The notes under the pieces were generated by a model. That model was not told the DNA's origin and did no database searches. It saw only the letters and a program-made list of their open reading frames with translations. From the sequence record SRR20825019_881: a stretch of DNA of 43,272 nucleotides; one strand, 5' to 3'. Made by a program: the position numbers and the translations under genes. This document shows, piece by piece, positions 19,838 to 31,586 of the stretch. Each line of letters starts with the position of its first letter. The first letter of the stretch is position 1.

Positions 19838-22120
19838 ATGGGAAAGAAATTAGTTATCGTCGAATCGCCAGCCAAGGCGAAGACCATCAAAAAATATTTG
19901 GGTAAAGATGTCGAGGTTCTGGCTTCTTATGGCCATGTCCGTGATCTGTTACCTAAAGAGGGAGCGGTCGACCCGGCGAATAACTTTGCCATGAAATACC
20001 AGGTTATTGACCGTAACAGCAAGCATGTCGATGCGATTGCCAAGGCGATGAAAAAAGCCGATGCCCTCTATCTCGCGACGGATCCGGATCGCGAAGGGGA
20101 AGCGATTTCCTGGCACCTCTATGAGCTGCTTAAAAAGCGCGGCGCCCTTAAAGATAAAGAAACCCACCGTGTTGTTTTTCACGAGATCACCAAACAAGCC
20201 GTGAATGATGCCGTCGCCCATCCGCGGGAACTGTCGATGGATCTGGTCAATGCCCAGCAGGCAAGACGGGCACTGGATTACCTGGTTGGTTTTACCCTGT
20301 CGCCTTTGCTCTGGAAGAAAGTCCGTCGCGGTCTGTCTGCGGGACGGGTACAAAGCCCGGCTTTACGTATGATCGTCGAGCGTGAGCTGGAGATTGAAGC
20401 CTTTGAGCCCAGAGAATACTGGACTATTGAAGCTGATGCCGCTGCTGAGGACAAAGCGTTTCAGGCCAAGCTGACCTACTTTGATGGCGATAAGCTGAGC
20501 CAGTTCAGCATCGACAATGAAAAGCAGTCCAGCGATGTCGTGACTAAGCTGAACAAGGCGGCCGAAGGCAAGCTGCTGGTCACCAACGTTGAAAAGAAAC
20601 AGCGTCGCCGTAACCCGGCCGCACCGTTTACCACCTCGACACTGCAGCAGGAAGCTTCCCGCAAACTGGGTTTCGGTGCCCAGCGCACCATGAGCATTGC
20701 TCAGCAGTTGTACGAGGGCGTTGATACCGGCGAAGGCGCAGTGGGTCTGATTACCTATATGCGTACCGACTCGGTGACGCTGGCGAATGAAGCGGTCAAT
20801 GAGATCCGCGACTTTATTGCCGACAAATATGGCAAAAAAATGGTGCCGGGCAAACCGCAGGAATATAAAACCAAATCAAAAAATGCCCAGGAAGCGCATG
20901 AGGCGATTCGACCTACTTCGGTACTGCGGACACCGGAGGAGATGAAAGCCTACCTGTCAGCCGATCAACTCAAACTCTACACTTTGATCTGGCAGCGCAC
21001 GATGGCTTGTCAAATGGTGCACGCGACCCTCAATACCGTCGCTGTGGACCTGGGTTGTGGTAAAGGCAATACCTTCCGAGCCAACGGCTCTACCGTCGTC
21101 AATCCCGGCTTTATGAGTGTCTACCTGGAAGGCAAAGACGATACCGCCAAAACCGATAAAGATGAAAATCTGCTGCCGCCGATGGAAGTGGGTGAAGTGG
21201 TGGCTTTGAAAGCCATCCGTCCCGAGCAGCATTTCACCGAGCCGCCACCGCGCTTCAGTGAAGCCAGTCTGGTGCGAGCGCTGGAAGAGCACGATATCGG
21301 CCGGCCATCGACTTATGCCAGCATTATCTCGACCCTGCTGCAGCGTGAGTATGTCGAGCTGGTGAACAAACGCTTCCACCCGACTGATGTCGGCCGGGTA
21401 GTCGGTAAGTTTCTGGTCCAGCATTTCACCAAATATGTGGACTACAACTTCACCGCTGAACTGGAAGACGAACTCGATGCGGTGGCACGGGGTGAAGAAG
21501 ACTGGATTCCATTGCTGACCAAGTTCTGGACCCCGTTCAAGGAACAGGTGGAAACCAAGGATAAGGAAGTTCAGCGCAGTGATGTCACCCAGGAAATACT
21601 GGATGAAGACTGTCCAAAATGCGGCAAAAAACTGTCCAGCCGTCTGGGCCGCAGTGGCCGTTTTATCGGCTGTACCGGTTATCCGGAATGCGATTACACC
21701 CGTAATATCAACGGTGAAGAAACCAGCAATGAGCCGGAAGTGGTGGAAGGCCGCAAATGTCCCAAGTGTGAATCCGACCTCTGGATTCGTACCGGTAAAT
21801 ACGGCAAGTTCATCGGCTGCTCCAGTTATCCCAAGTGCAAACATATTGAGTCGCTGGAACAACCCAAGAATACCGGGGTGAAATGTCCGCAGTGTGAGAA
21901 GGGTGAAATTCTGACCCGTAAATCCCGCCGCGGTAAGGTGTTTTATTCCTGCTCGGAATACCCGGACTGCGATTATGCATTGTGGAATGAACCGCTGAAA
22001 GAGCCCTGTCCGAAATGTGACTGGCCGATTCTGACCGTGAAAACGACTAAGAGTCGGGGCACCGAGAAAGTCTGTCCACAGAAGGATTGTGACTTCAGCG
22101 AAAAAGTCGAAAGCGCATAA
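19838..22120 (+). CDS. topA: DNA topoisomerase I with four C-terminal C4 zinc-ribbon repeats
   Basis: LVIVESPAKAKTI, ATDPDREGEAI, SAGRVQS, catalytic LITYMRTDS, AQEAHEAIRPT, GRPSTYA; four CPxC...C..C repeats. Confidence 0.97.
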   Translation: MGKKLVIVESPAKAKTIKKYLGKDVEVLASYGHVRDLLPKEGAVDPANNFAMKYQVIDRNSKHVDAIAKAMKKADALYLATDPDREGEAISWHLYELLKKRGALKDKETHRVVFHEITKQAVNDAVAHPRELSMDLVNAQQARRALDYLVGFTLSPLLWKKVRRGLSAGRVQSPALRMIVERELEIEAFEPREYWTIEADAAAEDKAFQAKLTYFDGDKLSQFSIDNEKQSSDVVTKLNKAAEGKLLVTNVEKKQRRRNPAAPFTTSTLQQEASRKLGFGAQRTMSIAQQLYEGVDTGEGAVGLITYMRTDSVTLANEAVNEIRDFIADKYGKKMVPGKPQEYKTKSKNAQEAHEAIRPTSVLRTPEEMKAYLSADQLKLYTLIWQRTMACQMVHATLNTVAVDLGCGKGNTFRANGSTVVNPGFMSVYLEGKDDTAKTDKDENLLPPMEVGEVVALKAIRPEQHFTEPPPRFSEASLVRALEEHDIGRPSTYASIISTLLQREYVELVNKRFHPTDVGRVVGKFLVQHFTKYVDYNFTAELEDELDAVARGEEDWIPLLTKFWTPFKEQVETKDKEVQRSDVTQEILDEDCPKCGKKLSSRLGRSGRFIGCTGYPECDYTRNINGEETSNEPEVVEGRKCPKCESDLWIRTGKYGKFIGCSSYPKCKHIESLEQPKNTGVKCPQCEKGEILTRKSRRGKVFYSCSEYPDCDYALWNEPLKEPCPKCDWPILTVKTTKSRGTEKVCPQKDCDFSEKVESA

Positions 22121-22154
22121 AAAAAGCCGGGAGCGATAGCGTTGCTCCCGGCTT
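22119..22154 (-). terminator. Intrinsic terminator between convergent topA and purEK-Rdx
   Basis: AAGCCGGGAGC...GCTCCCGGCTT stem. The A-tract at 22119-22125 gives a U-tract on the minus strand. Confidence 0.8.
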
Positions 22155-22170
22155 CATGTTGTCAGCGTTT

Positions 22171-22452
22171 TTATTTGTTTTTGCGGTCGATATGACCCAG
22201 ATCCCGCTCCGGTGCAACCTGATCCCGCACCCGTTGTTTCAGCTCGGTAATCTCAGGGAAGCGACCTTCCTGTTTGCGTGACCAGACCAGTGTGTCGTTG
22301 GCGTAGACTTCAAAAATACCGCCCGTGCCCGGTTTAAGGCTGAGCTCATCGAGTTCTTCATCAAAGGTCGACAGCAGTTCCTGCGCCATCCAGCCCGCAC
22401 GAAGTAACCAGCGGCACTGCGTGCAATAGACGATGCTGACTTTATTGTTCAT
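22171..22452 (-). CDS. SelT/SelW/SelH (Rdx) family protein, Cys form
   Basis: IVYCTQCRWLLRAGWMAQELLSTF, PGTGGIFEV, GRFPEITELKQRVRD, LGHID. ATG 22452 follows an AGGGG RBS. Confidence 0.92.
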   Translation of the reverse strand: MNNKVSIVYCTQCRWLLRAGWMAQELLSTFDEELDELSLKPGTGGIFEVYANDTLVWSRKQEGRFPEITELKQRVRDQVAPERDLGHIDRKNK

Positions 22453-22460
22453 CCCCTGAC

Positions 22461-23600
22461 TCACTCGCCCTGCAGAGCCTCAAATACACGGTCGGCCTGT
22501 TCCATCGCGGTTCTGGTATCTGCAGCGAGCACATTGTAATGCCCCATTTTACGGCCGACACGCGCTTCCTGCTTGCCATAGAGGTGCAGTTTGATATTGG
22601 ACTCGGCCAGTAAGCTGCTCCAGTGGGGTTCACTGTTACCCCAGACATCACCCAGCAGATTAATCATCACCACCGGGCTGACCAGATCACAGTCACCGGC
22701 GGGCAGGCCGCAAAGCATTCTGACCTGTTGCTCAAACTGCGAGGTGTGGCAGGCATCCAGCGTGTAGTGGCCGGAGTTGTGCGGGCGTGGTGCGATTTCA
22801 TTGGCAATGATCTCGCCATCGGTAGAAACAAAGAACTCGACCGCCATGGTGCCGATATAACCGAGACCGCGGGCAATATCATTGGCTTTCTGAATAGCTG
22901 ACTGAGCCTGTTCGGCGGACACACTGGCAGGCACGCATGTGGAATGCAGAATGCCGTTGACATGGACATTTTCTGCGACCGGGAAATTGGTCATGCTGCC
23001 GGTTTCACTACGGGCGAGTACGACTGAGATTTCACGATCCAGCTGAATGCGCTGTTCCAGCACACACTCTTTTTCACCCAGCGAGTCAAAAGCCTGATAG
23101 ACATCATCCAGATTATTACAGGGGACCTGCCCCTTGCCGTCATAGCCGAATGTCGCGACTTTAAGAATGGCCGGGAATTGAATTTTTTCCTCAGCGGCAG
23201 CGATATCATCACGACGAAGGATCGGTAAAAACGGCGCGGTGGCGATACCCTGTGAGGCAATAAACTGCTTCTCCACATTGCGGTTCTGGGTCTGTGCCAG
23301 TGCTTTGGAAGAGGGGCGGACGACGGTGTGTTGTTCCAGAAACGCCAGCGTTTGCGCAGGAATATTTTCAAACTCGGTGGTGATGGCCGCACAGAGATCC
23401 GCCATTTCTTTCAGCGCGGACTCATCATCGTAGGCCGCACAGATATGTTTATCGGCAATGATGCCGGCCGGGCTCTGGGTATCAGGATCAAGCACGACCA
23501 CTTTATACCCCATGATTTGCGCAGCAGTCGTAAACATACGGCCCAGCTGGCCGCCGCCAAGCATGCCTAATGTTGCACCGGGTAAAATCTGAGAATTCAT
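22461..23600 (-). CDS. purK: N5-carboxyaminoimidazole ribonucleotide synthase
   Basis: LGGGQLGRM, TTEFEN, GYDGKGQ, NEIAPRPHNSGH, YGKQEARVGRKMGH. Confidence 0.97.
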   Translation of the reverse strand: MNSQILPGATLGMLGGGQLGRMFTTAAQIMGYKVVVLDPDTQSPAGIIADKHICAAYDDESALKEMADLCAAITTEFENIPAQTLAFLEQHTVVRPSSKALAQTQNRNVEKQFIASQGIATAPFLPILRRDDIAAAEEKIQFPAILKVATFGYDGKGQVPCNNLDDVYQAFDSLGEKECVLEQRIQLDREISVVLARSETGSMTNFPVAENVHVNGILHSTCVPASVSAEQAQSAIQKANDIARGLGYIGTMAVEFFVSTDGEIIANEIAPRPHNSGHYTLDACHTSQFEQQVRMLCGLPAGDCDLVSPVVMINLLGDVWGNSEPHWSSLLAESNIKLHLYGKQEARVGRKMGHYNVLAADTRTAMEQADRVFEALQGE

Positions 23601-23698
23601 AAACAACCTCTTACAATCGGCGCCGGTCCGAACCGGCGTACTTATCTGAGAAGGCCGGTGATACCGTGAAATCTAAGTGGCCGGCCTGAGGATCCGTT

Positions 23699-24190
23699 TT
23701 ATTGTGGGGGAAGCGTCATATCCAGCACTTTCTGGTGTTGATCCTGACGGAATTGTTCCAGTTTATCGCTGAGCGCCTTATCACTAACAGCAAGCTGGGC
23801 AATAGCAAACAGCGCCGCATTGGCGGCACCAGCTTCACCAATGGCGAAAGTGGCAACCGGAATACCTTTCGGCATCTGCACAATGGACAGCAGTGAGTCC
23901 TGACCTTTGAGGTATTTGGAAGGCACCGGTACGCCCAGTACAGGCACGGTGGTGCCCGCAGCCAGCATGCCCGGCAGATGTGCGGCACCGCCGGCACCGG
24001 CGATAATGCAGCTCAGACCACGCTGTTTCGCCGAAGCTGCGTAATCGGTCAGCAAATCCGGTGTCCGATGCGCAGAAATTACCTTGGCCTCATAGGGCAC
24101 GCCAAAGGCTTTCAGTTGCTCGACGGCTTTTTCCATGACGGGCCAGTCACTGTTGCTGCCCATCACCACACCCACAAGTGGTTTTTCCAT
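23699..24190 (-). CDS. purE: N5-CAIR mutase
   Basis: [40 protein letters not shown]. Confidence 0.97.
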   Translation of the reverse strand: MEKPLVGVVMGSNSDWPVMEKAVEQLKAFGVPYEAKVISAHRTPDLLTDYAASAKQRGLSCIIAGAGGAAHLPGMLAAGTTVPVLGVPVPSKYLKGQDSLLSIVQMPKGIPVATFAIGEAGAANAALFAIAQLAVSDKALSDKLEQFRQDQHQKVLDMTLPPQ

Positions 24191-24293
24191 GATTGTCCCG
24201 TTACACAAATAGAAAAACAGTGCATTTTAGCTATTTTATTGAAAATAGGAAAATTTAGCGCAATAAAAACTGTCCCAACGAGTGATGGAACAA

Positions 24294-24322
24294 TTGAACG
24301 AGGCGGCATGGATCGCTATAAT
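24294..24322 (+). promoter_or_regulatory. Sigma70-type promoter for gltBD
   Basis: TTGAAC (24294-24299), 17-bp spacer, perfect TATAAT (24317-24322). Confidence 0.72.
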
Positions 24323-24433
24323 AGTTGATCCTTTCTGCCGTAATTGGTCAACGCCCCTTGTCGTCGAATCCAACACCGACGGACTTCCGCCGGGGGAGCA
24401 GTGACGGCGCTAAACTAAGAGAAGGTATGTGAC

Positions 24434-27400
24434 GTGAGTCAGCCAACAGAAATGAATCAAGGTCTCTACAGACCGCAATTTGAGAAGGACAACTGTGGTT
24501 TCGGCTTAATCGCCCAAATGGATGACAAGGCCAGCCACTGGCTGGTGGAAACAGCGATTGAAGCCTTGGGTAATCTGACCCACCGCGGTGCGATTGGCGC
24601 CGACGGTAAAACCGGTGATGGTTGTGGTCTGTTGCTGAAAAAACCAGACAGCTTCTTCCAGGCAATTGCCCATGAACAGGGCTTTAAGCTGGCCTCTTTG
24701 TATGCTGTGGGTATGGTGTTCCTGTCCCACGATGAAGCCAAAGCCCAGTCTGCCCAGGACATTGTTGACGAGAAACTGGCCGCTAAAGGGCTGCAAGTGC
24801 TCGGTTGGCGTGATGTGCCGGTCGATCCGGAATCCGCTTGTGGTCAGCAGGCGCTGGAATCCCTGCCTGTGATGCGTCAGGTCTTTGTCAATGCTGCTGA
24901 AGGTATGAACGAAGCTGACTTTGAACGTCAGCTCTATATCGCCCGTCGCCTGGCAGAAAAAGCGATTACCGGTGATGAAGACTTTTACATCTCCAGTTTG
25001 TCGTCCCACGTGGTGTCCTATAAAGGTCTGGTCATGCCTTCTTATCTGCCGGTCTTTTATAAAGATCTGAATGATAAGCGCATGGAGACCTCTATTGTTA
25101 TCTTCCATCAGCGTTTTTCTACCAATACCATGCCGCAATGGCGTCTGGCGCAGCCGTTCCGCATGCTGGCGCACAATGGCGAAATCAACACCGTTCAGGG
25201 TAACCGCAACTGGGCGCTGGCACGTGGTGCTAAATTTGCCACCTCCCTGATTGAAGATATGGAAGAAATCCGTCCGCTGGTGGGTACTACCGGTTCGGAC
25301 TCCTCCAGTATGGATAACATGCTGGAAGCCCTGCTGGCCGGCGGCGTCAGCCTGTTCCGTGCCATGCGTCTGGTGATTCCGCCAGCCTGGCAGAATGATC
25401 CGACCATTGATGAAGATCTGCGAGCCTTCTACGACTACAACTCCATGCATATGGAGCCATGGGATGGTCCTGCCGGCGTGGTGATGACCGACGGTCGTTA
25501 TGCCGCCTGTACGCTCGACCGCAACGGTTTGCGTCCGGCGCGCTATATCATTACCAAGGATCGTCATATCACCCTGGCCTCTGAAGTCGGCGTCTGGGCT
25601 TATCAGCCACAGGACGTGGTTGCCAAAGGCCGTCTGAAACCGGGTCAAATGCTGGCTGTGGATACCCACACCGGTGAACTGCTGATGCCGGAAGATATCG
25701 ACAATAAACTCAAGTCGGCCCAGCCTTACCGTCAATGGCTGGAAAACAATCTGCAGCGTCTGAAAGATACTGAAGATGATGAAACCGGACCGACCATTGA
25801 GGGCAGCGAGTACGAGACTTACGAAAAGCTGTTCAATATCACCTTTGAAGAGCGTGACCAGGTTATCCGTGTGCTGGGTGAGGCTGGTCAGGAAGCGATT
25901 GGCTCCATGGGTGACGACACGCCGTTCCCGGTCCTGTCGACGCAAACCCGCTCGCTGTATGACTATTTCCGTCAGCAGTTTGCGCAGGTTACCAATCCGC
26001 CGATTGATCCCTTGCGTGAAAACATCGTCATGTCGCTTGAAACCTGTTTCGGTGAAGAGCGCAATATGTTTGAAGAGGGCGAAGATCATGCTCAGCGTGT
26101 TGTCGTTGACTCTCCGGTACTGTCTGAAAGCCAGTTCCGTCAATTGCTGGCTCTGGGCGATGAGAATCCCGAATATAAATCCATTACGCTGTCGCTGAAC
26201 TATGATCCGGCTATCGGTCTGGAAGCCGCTGTTGATGCGCTGTGTGATAAAGCTGAAAAGGCCGTTGCCGCCGGAACCGTGGTTGTCGTGCTCAGTGATC
26301 GTGATATCAGCAAAGACACGCTGCCGATTCATGCACTGCTGGCCACCGGTGCGGTGCACCACCGCCTGATTAAAGCCGGTCTGCGTTGTGATGCCAACCT
26401 GATCGTGGAAACCGCCACGGCGCGCGATTCACATCATTTCGGCGTGCTGCTGGGCTATGGTGCTACCGGGATTTATCCTTACCTGGCTTATGCCAGCCTT
26501 AACGACATGATCCATACCCGTGAGATCAGAGATATAGATCGTGCCGAACTGTGCCGTCGTTACCGCAAAGGTATCAATAAAGGTCTGTTCAAGATCACCT
26601 CGAAAATGGGGATCTCGACCATTGCCAGCTACCGTGGTGCGCAATTGTTCGAAATCGTCGGTCTGCATGATGATGTGGTCAATAAATGCTTTACCTCAAC
26701 TACCAGCCGTATCAGCGGTACCGGTTTTGTCGAACTGCAGGCGGATGATGAGAAACTGGCCAAACTGGCCTGGAACCAGCGCAAGAAACGCGGTCAGGGT
26801 GGTTTGCTCAAATTCATCCACGGTGGCGAATATCATGCCTACAATCCGGATGTGATTGCTACCCTGCAGAAAGCGGTTCAGGGCGGTGATTACAATGATT
26901 ACAAAGCCTATGCCTCACTGGTCAACGATCGCTCACCGATGGTGCTGCGTGATCTGATGAAAGTGAAACTGGCTGATCAGCCCCTGTCGATGGATCAGGT
27001 GGAAGATGTCAGCGAGATTCTGCAGCGTTTCGATAGTGCTGGCATGTCACTGGGTGCGCTGTCACCAGAGGCGCATGAAGCGCTGGCGATTGCCATGAAC
27101 CGACTGGGTGGCCGTTCCAACTCGGGTGAAGGTGGTGAAGATCCGGATCGTTTCGGCAATGAGCGCGTCTCGAAAATCAAACAGATCGCTTCCGGCCGGT
27201 TTGGTGTGACACCGCATTACCTGGTCAATGCTGAAGTTCTGCAGATCAAGGTGGCTCAGGGTGCGAAACCTGGTGAAGGTGGACAACTGCCAGGTAAAAA
27301 AGTGAATCAGATGATCGCCAGCCTGCGTCACTCGGTGCCCGGTGTGACCCTGATTTCACCGCCGCCGCATCACGATATTTACTCAATTGAGGATCTGGCG

Positions 27401-28903
27401 CAGTTGATCTTTGACCTCAAACAGGTCAATCCGCAAGCGCTGGTTTCCGTCAAACTGGTATCGCAAGCCGGTGTCGGAACGGTGGCGGCCGGTGTGGCCA
27501 AGGCCTACGCCGACCTGATTACCATCTCCGGTTACGACGGTGGTACCGGCGCCAGCCCGCTGACCTCGGTCAAATATGCCGGTGGTCCATGGGAGCTGGG
27601 TCTGTCGGAAGCCCACCAGACCCTGCGTGCAAACGATCTGCGTGACAAAGTGCGCCTGCAGACAGACGGCGGTCTGAAAACCGGTCTGGATGTCGTGAAA
27701 GCCGCGATTCTCGGGGCAGAGAGCTTCGGTTTCGGTACCGGCCCGATGGTCGCACTGGGCTGTAAATATCTGCGTATTTGTCACCTGAACAACTGCGCAA
27801 CCGGTGTCGCGACTCAGAACGAAAAACTGCGTACGAAGCACTTTATCGGGCTGCCGCAAATGGTGATGAACTACTTCCAGTTCGTTGCCCGCGAAACGCA
27901 GGAATGGCTGGCCGCACTGGGTGTATCCAGTCTGCAGGATCTGATTGGTCGCACCGATCTGCTGGAACTGTTGCCGGGTGAAACTAGTAAGCAACAGAAA
28001 CTGGATCTGTCACCTCTGTTGTCAGATGCCGGTGTGCCTGCTGACAAACCCAAGTTCTGCCTGGAGCCGAAAAACGAGCCTTACGACAAAGGTGAGCTGG
28101 CCGAGCAGATGGTGGCCGACATCAAAGACACCATCGTCAGCAAGACCGGTGGCGAATTCAGCTATGAAGTACGTAACGTCAACCGTTCTATCGGTGCCCG
28201 TCTGTCCGGTGAAATCGCCCGCGTCCATGGCAACTACGGCATGGCTGAAAAGCCAATCCGTCTGCGCCTGAAAGGTTCTGCCGGTCAGAGCTTTGGCGTC
28301 TTCAACGCCGGTGGTCTGGAAATGTACCTGGAAGGCGATGCTAACGACTACGTCGGTAAAAGCATGGCCGACGGCAAGCTGGTGATCTATCCGTCACCGG
28401 AAAGTGAATACGCAAGCCACGAAGCCAGCATTATGGGTAATACCTGTCTGTACGGCGCCACCGGGGGCACGCTATACGCCGCTGGCCGTGCCGGTGAACG
28501 TTTTGCTGTCCGTAACTCCGGTGCGTCTGCTGTCGTTGAGGGCGTTGGTGACCATGGTTGTGAATACATGACCGGCGGTGTCATTGCTGTACTGGGTGAA
28601 ACCGGTCTCAACTTCGGTGCCGGTATGACCGGTGGTCTGGCCTTTGTGCTCGATAGTGACAACAGCTTTGCTGAACGCTACAACGACGAACTGGTTGAAC
28701 TGGTCAGAATTGATACCGCTGAAATGTCTGAGCTGGCACTGTTCCTCAAAGGGATGATTGAAGATCATGTCCGTGAAACCGGCAGTGTCTGGGGCCATCA
28801 GATTCTGGATGCGTTTGAACAACGCCTGAAACAGTTCTGGATGGTCAAACCCAAAGCGGCTGCAATGGACGGTCTGCTGAAACTGGCAACTAAAGCAGCT
28901 TAA
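24434..28903 (+). CDS. gltB: Glutamate synthase large subunit
   Basis: Catalytic Cys in [39 protein letters not shown], Fe-S motif [17 protein letters not shown] domain. GTG start with AGAAGG RBS; ATG 24452 is an alternative. Confidence 0.98.
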   Translation: MSQPTEMNQGLYRPQFEKDNCGFGLIAQMDDKASHWLVETAIEALGNLTHRGAIGADGKTGDGCGLLLKKPDSFFQAIAHEQGFKLASLYAVGMVFLSHDEAKAQSAQDIVDEKLAAKGLQVLGWRDVPVDPESACGQQALESLPVMRQVFVNAAEGMNEADFERQLYIARRLAEKAITGDEDFYISSLSSHVVSYKGLVMPSYLPVFYKDLNDKRMETSIVIFHQRFSTNTMPQWRLAQPFRMLAHNGEINTVQGNRNWALARGAKFATSLIEDMEEIRPLVGTTGSDSSSMDNMLEALLAGGVSLFRAMRLVIPPAWQNDPTIDEDLRAFYDYNSMHMEPWDGPAGVVMTDGRYAACTLDRNGLRPARYIITKDRHITLASEVGVWAYQPQDVVAKGRLKPGQMLAVDTHTGELLMPEDIDNKLKSAQPYRQWLENNLQRLKDTEDDETGPTIEGSEYETYEKLFNITFEERDQVIRVLGEAGQEAIGSMGDDTPFPVLSTQTRSLYDYFRQQFAQVTNPPIDPLRENIVMSLETCFGEERNMFEEGEDHAQRVVVDSPVLSESQFRQLLALGDENPEYKSITLSLNYDPAIGLEAAVDALCDKAEKAVAAGTVVVVLSDRDISKDTLPIHALLATGAVHHRLIKAGLRCDANLIVETATARDSHHFGVLLGYGATGIYPYLAYASLNDMIHTREIRDIDRAELCRRYRKGINKGLFKITSKMGISTIASYRGAQLFEIVGLHDDVVNKCFTSTTSRISGTGFVELQADDEKLAKLAWNQRKKRGQGGLLKFIHGGEYHAYNPDVIATLQKAVQGGDYNDYKAYASLVNDRSPMVLRDLMKVKLADQPLSMDQVEDVSEILQRFDSAGMSLGALSPEAHEALAIAMNRLGGRSNSGEGGEDPDRFGNERVSKIKQIASGRFGVTPHYLVNAEVLQIKVAQGAKPGEGGQLPGKKVNQMIASLRHSVPGVTLISPPPHHDIYSIEDLAQLIFDLKQVNPQALVSVKLVSQAGVGTVAAGVAKAYADLITISGYDGGTGASPLTSVKYAGGPWELGLSEAHQTLRANDLRDKVRLQTDGGLKTGLDVVKAAILGAESFGFGTGPMVALGCKYLRICHLNNCATGVATQNEKLRTKHFIGLPQMVMNYFQFVARETQEWLAALGVSSLQDLIGRTDLLELLPGETSKQQKLDLSPLLSDAGVPADKPKFCLEPKNEPYDKGELAEQMVADIKDTIVSKTGGEFSYEVRNVNRSIGARLSGEIARVHGNYGMAEKPIRLRLKGSAGQSFGVFNAGGLEMYLEGDANDYVGKSMADGKLVIYPSPESEYASHEASIMGNTCLYGATGGTLYAAGRAGERFAVRNSGASAVVEGVGDHGCEYMTGGVIAVLGETGLNFGAGMTGGLAFVLDSDNSFAERYNDELVELVRIDTAEMSELALFLKGMIEDHVRETGSVWGHQILDAFEQRLKQFWMVKPKAAAMDGLLKLATKAA

Positions 28904-30331
<1,428 letters not shown>

Positions 30332-30354
30332 ACTTAAGCGCTAATAAGCCCACT

Positions 30355-30405
30355 AAAGGCTTGTTCATGCAGCGATAGTGAATCCTGTATGATCAAGCCT
30401 TTTTT
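30355..30405 (+). terminator. Long hairpin / probable terminator after gltD
   Basis: AAAGGCTTGTTCATGCAG pairs with CTGTATGATCAAGCCTTT (one mismatch, one G-U) and ends in a T6 tract. Confidence 0.65.
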
Positions 30406-30437
30406 GTATCTGTAGTCTTAAATCCCGGGAAGAAAAA

Positions 30438-31505
30438 GTGGCGGAACTGAAAAACGATCGTTATCTGCGAGCCTTGATGAAACAACCTGTCGACCGGACC
30501 CCGGTGTGGGTGATGCGGCAGGCGGGCCGCTATCTGCCTGAATACCGCGAAGTCAGGAAGAAAGCCGGTGATTTCATGACGCTGTGTTCGACTCCGGAGA
30601 TGGCCTGCGAAGTCACACTGCAACCGCTGCGCCGCTATGATCTGGACGCTGCCATAATCTTTTCCGATATTTTGACTATCCCCGATGCAATGGGTCTGGG
30701 ACTGCACTTTGTTACGGGCGAAGGTCCTAAATTCTCACGCACGATTCAGTCCGCAGCGGATATCAAAAATCTGTCTGTGCCGGATATGGAAGACAGTCTG
30801 GGGTATGTGATGGATGCGATCCGTCTGACCCGGCGTGAGATTGACGGCAAGGTCCCGCTGATTGGTTTCAGCGGCAGCCCGTGGACCCTCGCCTGTTATA
30901 TGGTGGAAGGTGGCAGCAGTAAAGACTTTGCCAAGGTCAAAGGCATGTTATTTGATGCGCCGGAGCAAATGCACGCGCTTCTGAACGTGCTGGCCGACTC
31001 GGTGATTGCCTATCTCAATGCCCAGATAAATGCCGGTGCCCAGGCGATTATGCTGTTTGACACCTGGGGTGGAACCCTGAGCCCGGCCGTCTATCGTGAG
31101 TTTTCTCTGAGTTATATGCAGAAAATTGTTTCGGGTCTGCAGCGCGAGTCAGAGGGTCGCGAGGTACCGGTGACGATGTTCACCAAGGGGGGCGGCCAAT
31201 GGCTGGAATGGATGGCCGAAACCGGCGTTAACGGTGTTGGGCTGGACTGGACCACAGATATTGCTGAGGCGCGTCGTCGCGTAGGGGATAAAGTGACACT
31301 GCAGGGCAATATGGACCCTTGTGTGCTGTATGCCTCAGCTGACCGGGTTGAGCAGGAAGTCGCTACAATATTGGAAGCCTATGGCAAAGGCAAGACTGGG
31401 CATGTCTTTAACCTGGGGCATGGGATTCATCCTACTGTCGATCCGGACAATATGGCGCGCCTGGTGGAGTCAGTCCATCGTCTCAGTGCGCAGTATCATC
31501 AGTAA
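30438..31505 (+). CDS. hemE: Uroporphyrinogen decarboxylase
   Basis: [46 protein letters not shown] start. Confidence 0.97.
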   Translation: MAELKNDRYLRALMKQPVDRTPVWVMRQAGRYLPEYREVRKKAGDFMTLCSTPEMACEVTLQPLRRYDLDAAIIFSDILTIPDAMGLGLHFVTGEGPKFSRTIQSAADIKNLSVPDMEDSLGYVMDAIRLTRREIDGKVPLIGFSGSPWTLACYMVEGGSSKDFAKVKGMLFDAPEQMHALLNVLADSVIAYLNAQINAGAQAIMLFDTWGGTLSPAVYREFSLSYMQKIVSGLQRESEGREVPVTMFTKGGGQWLEWMAETGVNGVGLDWTTDIAEARRRVGDKVTLQGNMDPCVLYASADRVEQEVATILEAYGKGKTGHVFNLGHGIHPTVDPDNMARLVESVHRLSAQYHQ

Positions 31506-31535
31506 AATCAGACTAAAACCACTGATAACAGACAT

Positions 31536-31568
31536 AAAAAAAGGGCAGGTCGAAACCTGCCCTTTTTT
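31536..31568. terminator. Bidirectional intrinsic terminator between hemE and amtB
   Basis: A7-GGGCAGGT-CGAA-ACCTGCCC-T6. Confidence 0.92.
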
Positions 31569-31586
31569 ACGAGTATGTAAGTTAGG

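Noticed and set aside
21600..22100. Repeated Cys-rich units at the end of topA as a separate repeat element
   Set aside because: They are the normal C4 zinc-ribbon repeats of topoisomerase I.
22410..22430. Possible selenoprotein (SelW-like)
   Set aside because: The motif is CTQC with ordinary Cys codons and there is no in-frame TGA.
24506..26362. 618-aa antisense ORF within gltB, and similar long ORFs at 5886-6842, 20957-21862, 36317-37147 and 41089-41790
   Set aside because: They lie opposite well-conserved genes, show no recognisable motifs, and are the expected shadow ORFs of biased codon usage.
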